From the NCBI GenBank assembly GCA_944391065.1, contig CALXSH010000002.1, positions 7,755 through 71,754 on the forward strand: 64,000 nucleotides of DNA. Direction: 5' to 3'. Shown here in pieces: positions 27,752 to 38,523 of this stretch (within the stretch, counting starts at the first letter, position 1; the number at the start of each line of letters is the position of its first letter). Under the pieces are notes generated by a model that was not told the DNA's origin, searched no databases, and saw nothing but the letters and a program-made list of their open reading frames with translations. The position numbers and the translations under genes were made by a program. Source of the DNA: an uncultured Kiritimatiellota bacterium (GTDB taxonomy: Bacteria; Verrucomicrobiota; Kiritimatiellia; RFP12; DVOR01).

Positions 27752-28534
27752 TCAGAAGTCTTCGGAGAGGTAACGCACCGCGCGGATGGAGGTGGGCAGA
27801 CGGCTGCCGCTCGGAATCTCGACAATCGCCCCCTCGAGTTTGCTCGGGCCCGGGGCGACCTCGAAACGGGCCGGGATGCCGGTCGTGAACTTCTTCAGCA
27901 CCGGCTCAATCTGGCGGCCGATGACGGAATTCCGGGGGCCGGTCATGCCGATGTCGGTGATGTAGGCCGTGCCGCGCTCCAGAAGGGCGGCGTCGCTTGT
28001 CTGCACGTGGGTGTGCGTGCCGAAGACGGCCGAAACCCGTCCGTCCAGCCAGTACCCCATCGCGATCTTCTCCGACGTCGCCTCCATGTGGACGTCCACG
28101 AAGACCGGAATGTTCGCCGGAAGGCTCTTCAGGGCCCTGTCGGCGACGCGGAAAGGATTTTCCGCTGGGGCCATGAAGACCTGGCCCACCACCGAGATAA
28201 CCCCGATCGGGCCCAACGGGGTCTCCGCCATGGCCGCGACCGCGCCCGGCACACCCTCGGGGAAGTTCGCCGGGCGGACAATGCGCTTCTCCAGCGCAAT
28301 CTCCGTGTCGAAGCCGCGCTGACCCCACGTGTGGTCGCCCAACGTGATGAGCGTCGCGCCCGCGTCAAAGAGCGTCTTGGCGATGGCTAGGGTGATGCCG
28401 TTACCCGCGGCGGCGTTCTCGGCGTTGGCGATGATGGCGTGAACTTCACCCGTGGCGAGCAGACGGCGCGCGACCCGGCAGAACATGTCGCGCCCGGGCG
28501 ACCCGACAATGTCGCCGACAAGCAGAATGCGCAT
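27752..28534 (-). CDS. ymdB: YmdB-like metallophosphoesterase (TIGR00282 family)
   Basis: MRILLVGDIVGSPGR ... GDHTWG ... HTH motifs of the calcineurin-like phosphoesterase fold, about 260 aa. Confidence 0.8.
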   Translation of the reverse strand: MRILLVGDIVGSPGRDMFCRVARRLLATGEVHAIIANAENAAAGNGITLAIAKTLFDAGATLITLGDHTWGQRGFDTEIALEKRIVRPANFPEGVPGAVAAMAETPLGPIGVISVVGQVFMAPAENPFRVADRALKSLPANIPVFVDVHMEATSEKIAMGYWLDGRVSAVFGTHTHVQTSDAALLERGTAYITDIGMTGPRNSVIGRQIEPVLKKFTTGIPARFEVAPGPSKLEGAIVEIPSGSRLPTSIRAVRYLSEDF

Positions 28535-28597
28535 AAAGGGAACCTCCGTTTTGCCCGCATTGTACCAAACCGCGTCATCGCGCCGACGCGACGGGGC

Positions 28598-30388
28598 TCA
28601 GCGGAGGTAGGTGATCAGCCTGCGGCGGCACCGGGCGGAACCCCGTACGGCCCCGTCCTCCTCCACGTTGCCGCACCACATCTCCGCGTCGTCGGCCGAA
28701 ACGGGTTTTGACGGATCGGGCGTCGGGATGACGTGGATCTCGGCGCTGTCGGCGTGGGGGAGGTATTCATCCCACGGTACGGGGACCATGTGGATGTCGC
28801 CGTCGCCGCCCCGTCGTGGCACATAGTCCACGCGCGGCACGGTTCGGAATCCGTGGGCCGTCACCTCGATAGTCCCGCCGCCTTTGCCGCCGTGGTCGGG
28901 TGTGAAGCCCGTCTTCAGAATCAGTTCCGAGTCGAATCCCGAACCGCCGAAACACGCCCGCGCGTAGCCGTCGGCGATGGCCTCCCGCTCCCAGGCCGCC
29001 GGCGCCCGCCGCGTCACGGCCTCAAAGGCTGTGCGCGTCGATCGAAGCTGTCGGTAGAGCGGAATCAGCAGCAGCGGTGCGAAGGCGAAGTATAGGGCCC
29101 TGAAATACTGCGTGTGGAAGGCCACAAAGCGCTGATGGACCGTGTCGATGTCCCAGTGGCGGATGAGATCGGGGTCAATCAACGGCGGAATCCCCTCGAG
29201 ATGGCGGGCTGCGATGACGTTGATGCGGCCCTCCTTGCGGAAGACGAAGTCATCGCCGAACCCGACCTTCCCGTCGTTGAGCAGGGCTGTCATGCGGCGC
29301 TGGGCCAGGGGGGTGAAGAGGAGGCGGAAGGCCCGTTCGTTGCTGCGGTTCGGGGTGCGGAAGAGGGTCTCAAAGGCCGTGTCGGCCATGAGGGTGAACT
29401 GCGATTCGTCCTTCAGGTTGCGCGAGAAGGCCATCAGTTTCCGTTTGGTGCGCCAACGGCGGAAGCGCGCGAAGAGGCCGGGCCGTTCACCCGCGTAGTC
29501 CGTCGGCGTGCGTGAAAAGCGCAGCTCGGGCGCCGCGTCGTTGGCGTAAATCAGCCGCGTCGATTCGGTATAGACCGGAACCGGTTTGACCACCGAGGCC
29601 ACAAGGGTCTGGACCCGCGTTACGAGCCGCGACCTTCCTTTGCCGTCGCTGACGCGCTCCGTCCAGGTGATGACCAGCGAACCGGTGTAGGTCTTATCGC
29701 CCCAGTCCTGATGACGGAACGAGGCCAGCAGGTAGGGATTACCGTTGATTTCGCCGCTCTGCACGCACCGCACCGAGTTGTCGTCGCCGGCATCGGGATT
29801 CCAGCCGAACTCTGCGGCCAGCTCCTCCGCGCGGCCTTGGGTGAAGTAGGCGTCGGGTTCGATGATGGGAATGACCTTGTGGAGCAGCGCTGTCGGCTGT
29901 TCCCAGTCAAAAAGATGGTTGAGCGGGGCCATCTGGGCTTCTGCCCGCGCCTGCAGTTCGGTCGCCTCCGATTCGGTCTCGGCAATCCGTGCGTCGAGGG
30001 TTTTGCCGCCGCGGTACAGTATCACCGCCAGCGCGATGCCGACCGGCACGGCCACAATCCCTGCAATACCCGCCCAGTCGGGCGGGACAGGCAGGTCAGG
30101 CGAGAGATTGCCGAAGCGCAGAATGGCCGCGCCGAGACCGACGATGACCAGGACGACGCAGAGCAAGAAGGCGATACTCAGCCAACACCGTCGGTTGCGG
30201 AGACGCTTCAGACGGGCCCACGCCGCCTTCAGCCACGCGACGGTCTTGCGGTTCTCGGCGACATTGACGCCCGAACGCTTCAGCAGATCCTTGAAACACG
30301 CCGCGACCGCCTGGGCATGTTCCGCCCTGTAGCGGCGGTCGAACTGCCGCACCGGATCCTCGAAGGCCTCTTCGGCTGCCTGCGTCAC
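28598..30388 (-). CDS. LemA-associated membrane protein of unknown function (two TM helices near N-terminus, about 450-aa C-terminal domain)
   Basis: GTG start; hydrophobic segments WLSIAFLLCVVLVIVGLGAAI and IAGIVAVPVGIALAVILY; no catalytic motif recognised; 25 bp downstream of lemA. Confidence 0.5.
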   Translation of the reverse strand: MTQAAEEAFEDPVRQFDRRYRAEHAQAVAACFKDLLKRSGVNVAENRKTVAWLKAAWARLKRLRNRRCWLSIAFLLCVVLVIVGLGAAILRFGNLSPDLPVPPDWAGIAGIVAVPVGIALAVILYRGGKTLDARIAETESEATELQARAEAQMAPLNHLFDWEQPTALLHKVIPIIEPDAYFTQGRAEELAAEFGWNPDAGDDNSVRCVQSGEINGNPYLLASFRHQDWGDKTYTGSLVITWTERVSDGKGRSRLVTRVQTLVASVVKPVPVYTESTRLIYANDAAPELRFSRTPTDYAGERPGLFARFRRWRTKRKLMAFSRNLKDESQFTLMADTAFETLFRTPNRSNERAFRLLFTPLAQRRMTALLNDGKVGFGDDFVFRKEGRINVIAARHLEGIPPLIDPDLIRHWDIDTVHQRFVAFHTQYFRALYFAFAPLLLIPLYRQLRSTRTAFEAVTRRAPAAWEREAIADGYARACFGGSGFDSELILKTGFTPDHGGKGGGTIEVTAHGFRTVPRVDYVPRRGGDGDIHMVPVPWDEYLPHADSAEIHVIPTPDPSKPVSADDAEMWCGNVEEDGAVRGSARCRRRLITYLR

Positions 30389-30412
30389 GGCCTCGCCGCC
30401 CTCGCGTCAGTA

Positions 30413-31084
30413 TCAGAAGAAGGCCTTGCGGGCCTCGGCCTTCGTCGCGGCCGAAGCGGTGAAGGGAATGCGCGTGGTGTAACCCGAGCGCGCCGCCACG
30501 ATCATCTTCGTCGGCCATTTGTAGACGTCGGTATTCCACTGCATGACCGTGTCGTTGTAGAGCGACCGCGCTGCGGTGATCTCCTGCTGAAGGTAACGGT
30601 TCTGCTGCATCGCGTCGGCAATCGCCGTGTGCGCGCGGAGTTCAGGATAGGCCTCAACCTGCGGAAAGAGCCGTCCGAAGGCCATGTCCAGCCCCTGTGA
30701 AACCGCGTTGCGCCCAGCGTCCGTTCCGGCCGAGGCCGCTCCGCCGCGGAAGGCCGCCACGGCCTTCATCACGTCCTTGTCCAGATCGATGGCCTTCGAC
30801 ACGAGCCCCGCCACGTTCTGCAGCACCTGGACGCGCTGCTCGAGATAATTGTCAATCTCCGAGGCCTCCGCCTGAAGCTTCTGCTGCAGCTGCCGGAAAT
30901 AGTTCTTCGCCGCGATTTTCATGAAGAGAAAGATGAAGCCCGGCACGATGCCGAGGCACCACAGCAGAATCTCAAAGAGCAACGACCCGAGCCCCACTTG
31001 GATCGGCAGCTGCTTATCAATCACCGATACGTCCCGGCCCGCCGCGTTGATCGGACCATTCATCTCATCCAGTTCGTTCGCCAT
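30413..31084 (-). CDS. lemA: LemA family protein
   Basis: N-terminal TM helix then conserved LemA domain (YNDTVMQWNTDVYKWPTKMIVAARSGY); start ATG 31084 with RBS. Confidence 0.8.
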   Translation of the reverse strand: MANELDEMNGPINAAGRDVSVIDKQLPIQVGLGSLLFEILLWCLGIVPGFIFLFMKIAAKNYFRQLQQKLQAEASEIDNYLEQRVQVLQNVAGLVSKAIDLDKDVMKAVAAFRGGAASAGTDAGRNAVSQGLDMAFGRLFPQVEAYPELRAHTAIADAMQQNRYLQQEITAARSLYNDTVMQWNTDVYKWPTKMIVAARSGYTTRIPFTASAATKAEARKAFF

Positions 31085-31311
31085 AATCGACTTCCCTTTT
31101 CCTGAAGACCGCTTTCCGACCGGCATCTGCCGACCGACCTGTGAGCATCATAGCACATCGCCCGTGCCGTCGCTGCGCGGGCGGTGCAGACTTTTTGCGG
31201 CATTGATGGGAGAGGAGGCAAGATGGTTGCCCTTACCCTCATGGGATATGTTAGGGTGAAGCTAGATAGGCCGCTCGCACCCCGGCTCCACCTCTTGGAA
31301 AGGTTCCCCCC

Positions 31312-31890
31312 ATGGAAAATCTGGACGCGTTGCTCACTAAAATCCGAACCGAAGGCATAGACGCCGCGCAGGCGGAGGCCGAAGCCATTCTGACCAAGGC
31401 CCGCGAGGAAGCCGCCCGTATCGTGGCGGAGGCCAAGACCGCCGCCCTGGCCACCGCCGAAGAGGCGAAGCGCGAGGCGGCCCGTCACGCGCAGGGCGCC
31501 GAGGCGACCGTCCGTCAGGCCGCCCGCGACGTGCTGATCAAGCTCGGCCAGGATATCGAAGACCTTTTCGTCCGAACCCTCGGCGGCGCCGTGGACGAAG
31601 CGCTGAAGCCCGACAAACTCATTGAGGATCTCGTCCGTGCCGCCGTGGAGACCTACATCGGCAAAGGTGACGCGGCCGAACTCGTCGTGCCCGAATCCCT
31701 CCTGCCCGCCGTCCGTAAACTCATGGCCGCTCGGAAAGAGGTCACCGTCGTGACCGACCCGCTGATGGGCACCGGCTTTCGTGTCCGCCTCTCCGGCGGC
31801 CGGGTCGAACACGACTTCTCCGGCGCCGCCGTGACCGAGACGTTGGCGTCCCATCTCCGTCCGCGGCTCGCGGCGTTGCTTAAGGACTGA
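31312..31890 (+). CDS. atpE: V/A-type ATPase subunit E
   Basis: 192-aa Ala/Glu-rich coiled-coil N-terminus, first gene of V-type operon. Confidence 0.7.
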   Translation: MENLDALLTKIRTEGIDAAQAEAEAILTKAREEAARIVAEAKTAALATAEEAKREAARHAQGAEATVRQAARDVLIKLGQDIEDLFVRTLGGAVDEALKPDKLIEDLVRAAVETYIGKGDAAELVVPESLLPAVRKLMAARKEVTVVTDPLMGTGFRVRLSGGRVEHDFSGAAVTETLASHLRPRLAALLKD

Positions 31891-31896
31891 CATCCG

Positions 31897-32430
31897 ATGA
31901 GTCTCGGTTATCTGCTCGCGTCGCTCCCGATGCTCTCTCCCGACAGAGCGCCGGCCATTACGGCCGAAGCTTTCCGGTCGGCCTGCGCCTCGGCGCTCGG
32001 TGCCCGTGACGCCGAGGCCGCCGCGGCCCTGCTGGACGGGACGGCCGAGGCGGGTGACCATCCGGCCGTCCGCGCTTGGCGCGACTTGGAGGCCGCCATC
32101 GACGGGGCCATCGGCCGCCGCCGTCTGGCGCTGCGCGGCGCCGCGGGCGGAACGTCTTTTACCCCTCCCGAGACGTCGGCCTGTCCTGTCTGGCTGACGC
32201 GCGCCGTCGACGACGCCTTTACGGCCGCAGCCGATCCGCTGGCGCGTGAGGACGCGCTGATGCGCGTGCGCTGGACGGCGGCCGAATCGCTGGCCGGACC
32301 CGACCCGTTGGGACGCGGCCGGCTCTTCGCCTACGCCGTTCAGCTCCGCCTGGCCCTGCGGCGCGCGGCGCTCTCGCCCGAAGCCGGCACCGCGCGGCTC
32401 GAGGCGGCTCTCCCGAAAGAAACCCTTTAA
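31897..32430 (+). CDS. Hypothetical protein in V-type ATPase operon (DUF2764-like position between E and A)
   Basis: 177 aa, Ala/Arg-rich, no motifs; position conserved in PVC V-ATPase operons. Confidence 0.45.
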   Translation: MSLGYLLASLPMLSPDRAPAITAEAFRSACASALGARDAEAAAALLDGTAEAGDHPAVRAWRDLEAAIDGAIGRRRLALRGAAGGTSFTPPETSACPVWLTRAVDDAFTAAADPLAREDALMRVRWTAAESLAGPDPLGRGRLFAYAVQLRLALRRAALSPEAGTARLEAALPKETL

Positions 32431-32451
32431 CCGCGGAACAGAGGTTTGCGT

Positions 32452-34194
32452 ATGGATAAAGCGACCGGTATCATCACAGGCGTCAACGGCAACATGATCA
32501 CGGTGGCCTTCACCGGGGCCGTGGCGCAGAATGAAGTGGGCTATGCCCACGTGACTCAAGGCGACAAAAACCTGCGGCTGATGAGCGAAATCGTCCGCAT
32601 CCGCGACGGTGTCGCAGACATGCAGGTCTTCGAAGACACCGTCAGCCTGAAGGTCGGCGACACCCTCGACTTCACCGGCAACCTCCTCTCTGCCGAACTC
32701 GGTCCCGGCCTCCTCGGCCGCGTCTACGACGGTCTGCTTAATCCTCTTCCCGAACTTGCCGAGCAGTGCGGCTTCTTCCTGCAGCGCGGTACTTATCTGC
32801 CCTCCCTTGACCGTGCGGCCAAATGGACCTTCACGCCGACGGCCAAGCCCGGTGACCGCCTGACGGCCGGCGAGACCCTCGGCACCGTGCCCGAGGGTGC
32901 CTATACGCACCGGATCATGGTGCCCTTTTCTTGGCGCGGCGTCTACACGGTCAAGTCGATTGCGCCAGCGGGTGACTACAGCGTCGAGGCGACCGTCGCC
33001 ACGCTGACCGACGCACAGGGCCGCGAACAGACCGCAACCCTGATGCAGCGTTGGCCGGTCAAGCTCCCCATCACCTGTTACGCCGAGCGTCTCCGTCCCA
33101 CCGAGACCCTCTCCACCGGCATCCGTTCCGTCGACACCTTCTTCCCCGTGGCCATCGGCGGCACCTACTGTATCCCCGGTCCCTTCGGTGCCGGCAAGAC
33201 CGTCCTTCAGCACCAGACCTCGCAGTACGCGGACGTCGACATTGTTGTCGTGGCGGCCTGCGGCGAACGCGCCGGCGAAGTCGTGGAGACCCTGCGCGAA
33301 TTTCCCGAGCTCAGGGACCCCAAGACGGGACGGACCCTGATGGACCGCACCATCATCATCTGCAACACCTCGTCCATGCCAGTCGCCGCCCGCGAGGCTT
33401 CCGTCTACACGGCCGTGACCTTGGCCGGTTACTACCGCCAGATGGGCCTCAACGTCCTCCTCCTGGCCGACTCTACCTCTCGCTGGGCCCAAGCCCTCCG
33501 CGAGATGTCAGGCCGCCTTGAGGAAATCCCCGGCGACGAAGCCTTCCCTGCCTATCTTGAGTCGGTCATCGCCGGCTTCTACGAACGTGCCGGCCGCGTC
33601 CGCCTCAAGGACGGCTCCATCGGTTCCGTCACCATCGGCGGCACCGTCTCGCCCGCCGGCGGCAACTTTGACGAGCCGGTCACCCAAGCCACGCTCAAGG
33701 TCGTCGGGGCCTTCCACGGCCTCTCCCGTGCGCGTTCCGACGCCCGCCGCTATCCGGCCGTCGACCCGCTCGATTCCTGGTCGAAGTACCGCAGCGTTGT
33801 CGATCAGGACCGCGTCGAAGCGATGCGCGACCTCCTGCGCCGCGGTGCTGACGTCGAGCAGATGATGAAGGTCGTCGGCGAGGAAGGCACCGCGATGTCC
33901 GACTTCCTTGATTATCTCCGCAAGGAACTCATCGACGCCGTTTACCTGCAGCAGAACGCCTTCAACGAAGTCGACGCCCAGTCTTCCGTCGAACGTCAGC
34001 GCGAGGCCTTCGCCGAACTCGAAGCCCTCGTCGGCACTGCCTTTGCCTTCACCGACAAGACCGTTGCCCGAACGTCCTTCCTGCGGCTCCAGCAGGCCTT
34101 TATTGACTGGAACAACACCCCTGCCGACGCCCCCGAATACGCCGACCGCAAGGCCGCGCTCCGCGCGCTTACCGAGGAGATTCTCCATGCATAA
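32452..34194 (+). CDS. atpA: V/A-type ATPase catalytic subunit A
   Basis: Walker A GPFGAGKT, Walker B; start at ATG 32452 with RBS (track start 32446 is TTG). Confidence 0.9.
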   Translation: MDKATGIITGVNGNMITVAFTGAVAQNEVGYAHVTQGDKNLRLMSEIVRIRDGVADMQVFEDTVSLKVGDTLDFTGNLLSAELGPGLLGRVYDGLLNPLPELAEQCGFFLQRGTYLPSLDRAAKWTFTPTAKPGDRLTAGETLGTVPEGAYTHRIMVPFSWRGVYTVKSIAPAGDYSVEATVATLTDAQGREQTATLMQRWPVKLPITCYAERLRPTETLSTGIRSVDTFFPVAIGGTYCIPGPFGAGKTVLQHQTSQYADVDIVVVAACGERAGEVVETLREFPELRDPKTGRTLMDRTIIICNTSSMPVAAREASVYTAVTLAGYYRQMGLNVLLLADSTSRWAQALREMSGRLEEIPGDEAFPAYLESVIAGFYERAGRVRLKDGSIGSVTIGGTVSPAGGNFDEPVTQATLKVVGAFHGLSRARSDARRYPAVDPLDSWSKYRSVVDQDRVEAMRDLLRRGADVEQMMKVVGEEGTAMSDFLDYLRKELIDAVYLQQNAFNEVDAQSSVERQREAFAELEALVGTAFAFTDKTVARTSFLRLQQAFIDWNNTPADAPEYADRKAALRALTEEILHA

Positions 34195-35485
34195 GCTCTA
34201 CCACCGTATCGACAGCATCGCCGGTTCCGTCGTCACCCTCCGTGCCGAAGGCGTGCGCAACAAAGAGCTCGCCGAAATCGACTCCCGCACGGGCACCTCC
34301 CTCGCGCAGGTCATCAAGCTGGTCGGCGATGAGGTCACCCTGCAGGTTTTCGCCGGCGCCCGCGGCGTCGCCACCGACGCGCAGGTCCGCTTCCTTGGCC
34401 ACCCGATGCAGGTTCCCTTTGGCGACGAACTTCTTGGGCGCGTCTTCACCGGTTCGGCCAAGCCCCGTGACAACGGCCCCGCACTGACGATGAACCTGAC
34501 CGACATCGGCACCCCTTCGGTCAATCCCGCCCGTCGCATTATTCCCCGTCACATGGTCCGTACCGGCATTCCCATGATCGACGTCTTCAATACGCTTGTC
34601 GAGAGCCAGAAGCTGCCGATCTTCGCCCGTGCCGGCGAGCCCTACAATGACCTCCTCGCCCGCATCGCCCTGCAGGCCGAGGTCGATATCATCATTCTCG
34701 GCGGCATGGGTCTTAAGCACGACGACTACCTGGCCTTCCGCGACACCCTTGACGCTTCCGGGGCCCTCTCGCGCACGGTCATGTTCATTCATACCGCAGC
34801 CGACCCCGTCGTGGAATGCATGCTCGTCCCTGACGTCTCCTTGGCTGTGGCCGAGCAGTTTGCCCTCCGCGGCAAACGCGTTCTCGTCCTCCTGACCGAC
34901 ATGACCTCCTTCGCTGACGCCATGAAGGAAATCGCAATCACGATGGAGCAGATCCCTTCCAATCGCGGTTACCCCGGCGACCTCTACTCCCAGCTCGCCG
35001 CCCGTTACGAGAAGGCCGTCGACTTTGAAGGCGCCGGTTCCATTACCATCCTGGCCGTCACGACGATGCCGGGCGACGACGTCACTCATCCCGTTCCTGA
35101 CAATACCGGCTACATCACCGAAGGTCAGTTCTACCTGCGCGACGGCCGCATCGAACCCTTCGGCTCCCTCTCCCGTCTGAAGCAGCAGGTCAACAAGGAT
35201 ACCCGCGAGGACCACCGCACCATCATGGACGCGATGATCAAGCTCTACGCCCAGTACAAGGATGCCGCCGAAAAGCAGTCCATGGGCTTCCGCATGACCG
35301 ACTGGGACCGCAAACTCCTGCGCTACGGCGAACGCTTCGAGGAGAAGATGATGGACATTTCCGTCAATATCCCTCTCGAGCAGGCCCTCGACCTCGGCTG
35401 GGCCATCTTGGCCGAATGCTTCGAGCCCATGGAAACCGGCATCCCCTCCAAGATGGCCGAGAAGTTCTGGCCGAAGAAGGCATGA
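34187..35485 (+). CDS. atpB: V/A-type ATPase subunit B
   Basis: Non-catalytic nucleotide-binding subunit; internal ATG 34187 ([15 protein letters not shown]), overlaps atpA by 8 nt. Confidence 0.9.
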   Translation: MHKLYHRIDSIAGSVVTLRAEGVRNKELAEIDSRTGTSLAQVIKLVGDEVTLQVFAGARGVATDAQVRFLGHPMQVPFGDELLGRVFTGSAKPRDNGPALTMNLTDIGTPSVNPARRIIPRHMVRTGIPMIDVFNTLVESQKLPIFARAGEPYNDLLARIALQAEVDIIILGGMGLKHDDYLAFRDTLDASGALSRTVMFIHTAADPVVECMLVPDVSLAVAEQFALRGKRVLVLLTDMTSFADAMKEIAITMEQIPSNRGYPGDLYSQLAARYEKAVDFEGAGSITILAVTTMPGDDVTHPVPDNTGYITEGQFYLRDGRIEPFGSLSRLKQQVNKDTREDHRTIMDAMIKLYAQYKDAAEKQSMGFRMTDWDRKLLRYGERFEEKMMDISVNIPLEQALDLGWAILAECFEPMETGIPSKMAEKFWPKKA

Positions 35486-35518
35486 CCGACAGGGTAAGCC
35501 CCTTCCCGCGAGGTGCCC

Positions 35519-36139
35519 ATGGCTAAAATCAAACACACCAAGACGGAACTGAAGGCCCAGACCGACGCCCTGCGGCGGTTCCAGCGCTTTCTGCCGATGC
35601 TGCAGCTCAAGAAGCAGCAGCTCCAGGCCGAAATCGCCGCCATCTCCGCCCGCCTGGCCGAAGTGGAGGAGCGCGGCGTCCGCGCCCGCGAGGCCCTCAA
35701 CCGCTGGGTCGCCCTCTATTCCGACAGCGGGGTTTGCCCCGAGAACCTCGTCGCCTTCCGGGGTGTCCGTACGACGCAGGGCAACATCGCCGGCGTGACC
35801 ATCCCGGTCTACGAGGGTATCGACGCCGAACCCGTGCCGCTTGACCCCTACCGCACGCCGGCCTGGACCGACGACGCACAGGACATGCTCCTCGGTCTGA
35901 TGCGCATCCGCGCCGAGGCCGACGTGCTCCGCCGTCAGCGCGACCTGGTCCGTGAGGAACTTCATACGACCGGCCAGCGCGTCAATCTCTTTGAGAAGGT
36001 GAAAATCCCCGAGTGTCGTGAGAACATCCGCATCATCCGCATCTTCATCGGCGACGAACAGACCGCCGCCGTCGTTCGCGGCAAGATCGCCAAGAGCCGC
36101 ACGCCCAAGCGGGCCGATGGAGAGGAGGTGCCGGCATGA
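35519..36139 (+). CDS. atpD: V/A-type ATPase subunit D
   Basis: MAKIKHTKTELKAQ... coiled-coil central stalk subunit. Confidence 0.8.
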   Translation: MAKIKHTKTELKAQTDALRRFQRFLPMLQLKKQQLQAEIAAISARLAEVEERGVRAREALNRWVALYSDSGVCPENLVAFRGVRTTQGNIAGVTIPVYEGIDAEPVPLDPYRTPAWTDDAQDMLLGLMRIRAEADVLRRQRDLVREELHTTGQRVNLFEKVKIPECRENIRIIRIFIGDEQTAAVVRGKIAKSRTPKRADGEEVPA

Positions 36140-37959
36140 TTGTCCCGATGGAACGCCTCACCCTCCTCTGCCTCGATTCCGCGCGGGAATCGGTCCTCAC
36201 CGCTCTGCGTGACTTGGGTTGCGTCCATGTCCGCGTCGAGACGCGTGACTCCGAAACCCTGCGGCGCGCCGCCGCGGCCGTCGCCGCTGCCGAACAGGCC
36301 CTGCGCGTGCTGACCGTCGCTGAGGCGGACGGCACCTTTGCCTTCAAACCCGACGCGGCCTCGCCCGTCGCCGCTCTGGCGCCCGAGGCGTTGGCCGTCG
36401 AGGCCGAGGCCTTGGCGGCCGTCCGCACCGCTGCCGACGTCACCCGTGCCGCCGAACTCATCACCCGTCTGCGCGACGAAGCGCAGAACCTCCGTACGCA
36501 GCTCCGTCGCTATGCCCCCTTCGGTTCCGTCGATCCGTCGACTGTCACGGCGCTGCAGGGCAAGGGCCTCGCCGTCCGCCTTTACCGCTGTCCCGAATCG
36601 GTACCCGCCGGCGAAGGGAATGACTTTACCTTGGGTACCGAGGCCGGCTTCCGGTATGGCGTCCGCCTCGGAGGTGATGCGTTGCCGGAGGGGTATGAGG
36701 CCGTTCCGTTGCCTGAACGCTCCACGGCCGCCATGGCCGACGAGGCCGTACGTGACGAAGCCGCCGCCGCCCGTCTGGTTACGCTGATTGCGGATGCCGC
36801 CGAATCCCTCCGGCCTCTCCTCAGCCGCAACCTGGAGGAACGCCGCCGCGACAATGTCGTCGCCACCGTCGCCGAGAACCTTCGTGCCGAGGGCCCGATC
36901 GCCTGCCTGGCGGGCTACGTCCCCAAGCGTCTCCATGACACCGTCGTTGTCCGTGCCGAAGCGGAGGGGTGGGGCGTTGTCCTCGAGGAACCCGACCCGG
37001 ATGACGCCGAGGTCCCCGTCCTGCTCGAAGCGCCCCGCGGCTTCCGCGCCATCGGCGCGCTCTTCAGCGGACTCGGCATTCTGCCGGGTTACATAGAGGG
37101 CGATATCAGCGTGCCCTTCTACCTCTTTTTCTCGCTCTTCTTCGCCATGCTGATCGGCGACGCGGGCTACGGTCTCGTCATGCTGGCCGGGGTACTCCTG
37201 GCTGCGCTGCGCCTCCGCAAGAAGACCGCGGCCAAACCCGTGCTGCAGATCTTCACGGTCTTCGCCCTCTCGACCATACTCTGGGGTGTCCTCTCGGGCA
37301 CCTACTTCGGCATCGCCAAGGCTGCGCTGCCGGCCGTATTGCGGGAGATTCCGACCGTGGACTGGCTGGGGCAGGACAGCAATGTCATGTTCCTCTGCTT
37401 CCTGATCGGCGCCGTCCACATCTCCGTGGCCCGCCTCTGGAACGCCGTCCTCCTCCTGCCCGGCCTGAAGGCTCTCGGCGAACTCGGTTGGCTTGGCGTC
37501 ACTTGGAGCATGTTCATGATTGTTTCCGGCATCGTCGTCGAGTGGTTTACCCAACCCGGCTGGGCTTGGTGGCTCCTCGGCGGCAGCGTCGCGGCCATTC
37601 TCGTGCCAATGGTGGCCGACATCCGCCGCGAGGGCATCAGCATCGGCATGCTCCCGCTCAATGTCATCAGCGCCATGGGTGACATCATCAGCTATGTCCG
37701 CCTCTTCGCTGTCGGCCTGGCCTCCGTCAAGGTCGCGGAGAACTTCAACGCGATGGCCTTTCAGCTCGACCTGCCGCTCGTGCTGCGTGTCGTGGCCGTC
37801 TGCGTCATCCTGCTCCTCGGCCATGGGCTCAACCTGGCCATGGGCGCCCTCTCGATTCTCGTTCACGCCGTCCGCCTGAACACCCTGGAGTTCTCCAACG
37901 CCAAGGGCGTCACCTGGTCCGGCGTGCCCTACACTCCCTTCAAACAACCGCAACAGTAA
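36136..37959 (+). CDS. atpI: V/A-type ATPase subunit I (a-subunit, membrane)
   Basis: 607 aa, hydrophilic N-terminal half then multiple TM helices with the conserved Arg in the penultimate helix region. Confidence 0.8.
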   Translation: MIVPMERLTLLCLDSARESVLTALRDLGCVHVRVETRDSETLRRAAAAVAAAEQALRVLTVAEADGTFAFKPDAASPVAALAPEALAVEAEALAAVRTAADVTRAAELITRLRDEAQNLRTQLRRYAPFGSVDPSTVTALQGKGLAVRLYRCPESVPAGEGNDFTLGTEAGFRYGVRLGGDALPEGYEAVPLPERSTAAMADEAVRDEAAAARLVTLIADAAESLRPLLSRNLEERRRDNVVATVAENLRAEGPIACLAGYVPKRLHDTVVVRAEAEGWGVVLEEPDPDDAEVPVLLEAPRGFRAIGALFSGLGILPGYIEGDISVPFYLFFSLFFAMLIGDAGYGLVMLAGVLLAALRLRKKTAAKPVLQIFTVFALSTILWGVLSGTYFGIAKAALPAVLREIPTVDWLGQDSNVMFLCFLIGAVHISVARLWNAVLLLPGLKALGELGWLGVTWSMFMIVSGIVVEWFTQPGWAWWLLGGSVAAILVPMVADIRREGISIGMLPLNVISAMGDIISYVRLFAVGLASVKVAENFNAMAFQLDLPLVLRVVAVCVILLLGHGLNLAMGALSILVHAVRLNTLEFSNAKGVTWSGVPYTPFKQPQQ

Positions 37960-37972
37960 AAGGAATCACACT

Positions 37973-38452
37973 ATGGATATGAATGTCGCCCTTGGTATCG
38001 CCGGTGCCGTCACCTGCCTTGCCCTCTCCGCCGTCGGGTCCGCCTTCGGGACCGGCTTCGCCGCCGCCGGTGCCATCGGGGCGTGGAAGAAGTGCTACGC
38101 GCAGAACCGCCCCGCGCCCTTTCAGCTCATGACCTACGTCGGCGCGCCCATCACCCAGACCCTCTACGGGATGCTGCTGATGTTCACGATGATTTCCACC
38201 GCCCAGGACCCCAATTTGCTCCCCGGCGGCGGCGCGGCCATGCTCATTCTCGGCGCCTTCGCCGGCCTGGCCATCGGCATGTCGGCTCTCTTCCAAGGCC
38301 GCGCCGCGGCCTGCGCGGCCGACTCCCATGGCGAAACCGGTCAGGGCCTCACCAACAACCTTTCTGCCCTCGGTATCGTCGAGACCGTCGCCATCTTCGT
38401 GATGATCTTCACCCTGCTCGCCGTCGGCAGCCTCGTGCCCGAGGTTGCCTGA
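37973..38452 (+). CDS. atpK: V/A-type ATPase proteolipid subunit K (c-subunit)
   Basis: 159 aa, duplicated Gly-rich TM hairpins. Confidence 0.85.
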   Translation: MDMNVALGIAGAVTCLALSAVGSAFGTGFAAAGAIGAWKKCYAQNRPAPFQLMTYVGAPITQTLYGMLLMFTMISTAQDPNLLPGGGAAMLILGAFAGLAIGMSALFQGRAAACAADSHGETGQGLTNNLSALGIVETVAIFVMIFTLLAVGSLVPEVA

Positions 38453-38469
38453 GCGACATCCCGCTGACG

Positions 38470-38507
38470 AAAAAAGGCCGTGCCCCGATTGGGGCGCGGC
38501 CTTTTTG
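38470..38507. terminator. Bidirectional rho-independent terminator between atpK (+) and the OMF gene (-)
   Basis: AAAAAA-GGCCGTGCCCC-GATT-GGGGCGCGGCC-TTTTT. Confidence 0.7.
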
Positions 38508-38523
38508 GCTTCGCGCGGTGAGT

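Noticed and set aside
31060-37953. Several long minus-strand ORFs (810, 598, 663 aa) across the V-ATPase operon
   Set aside because: Antisense shadows of the conserved atpA/atpB/atpI genes. Repetitive G/D/A/R composition.
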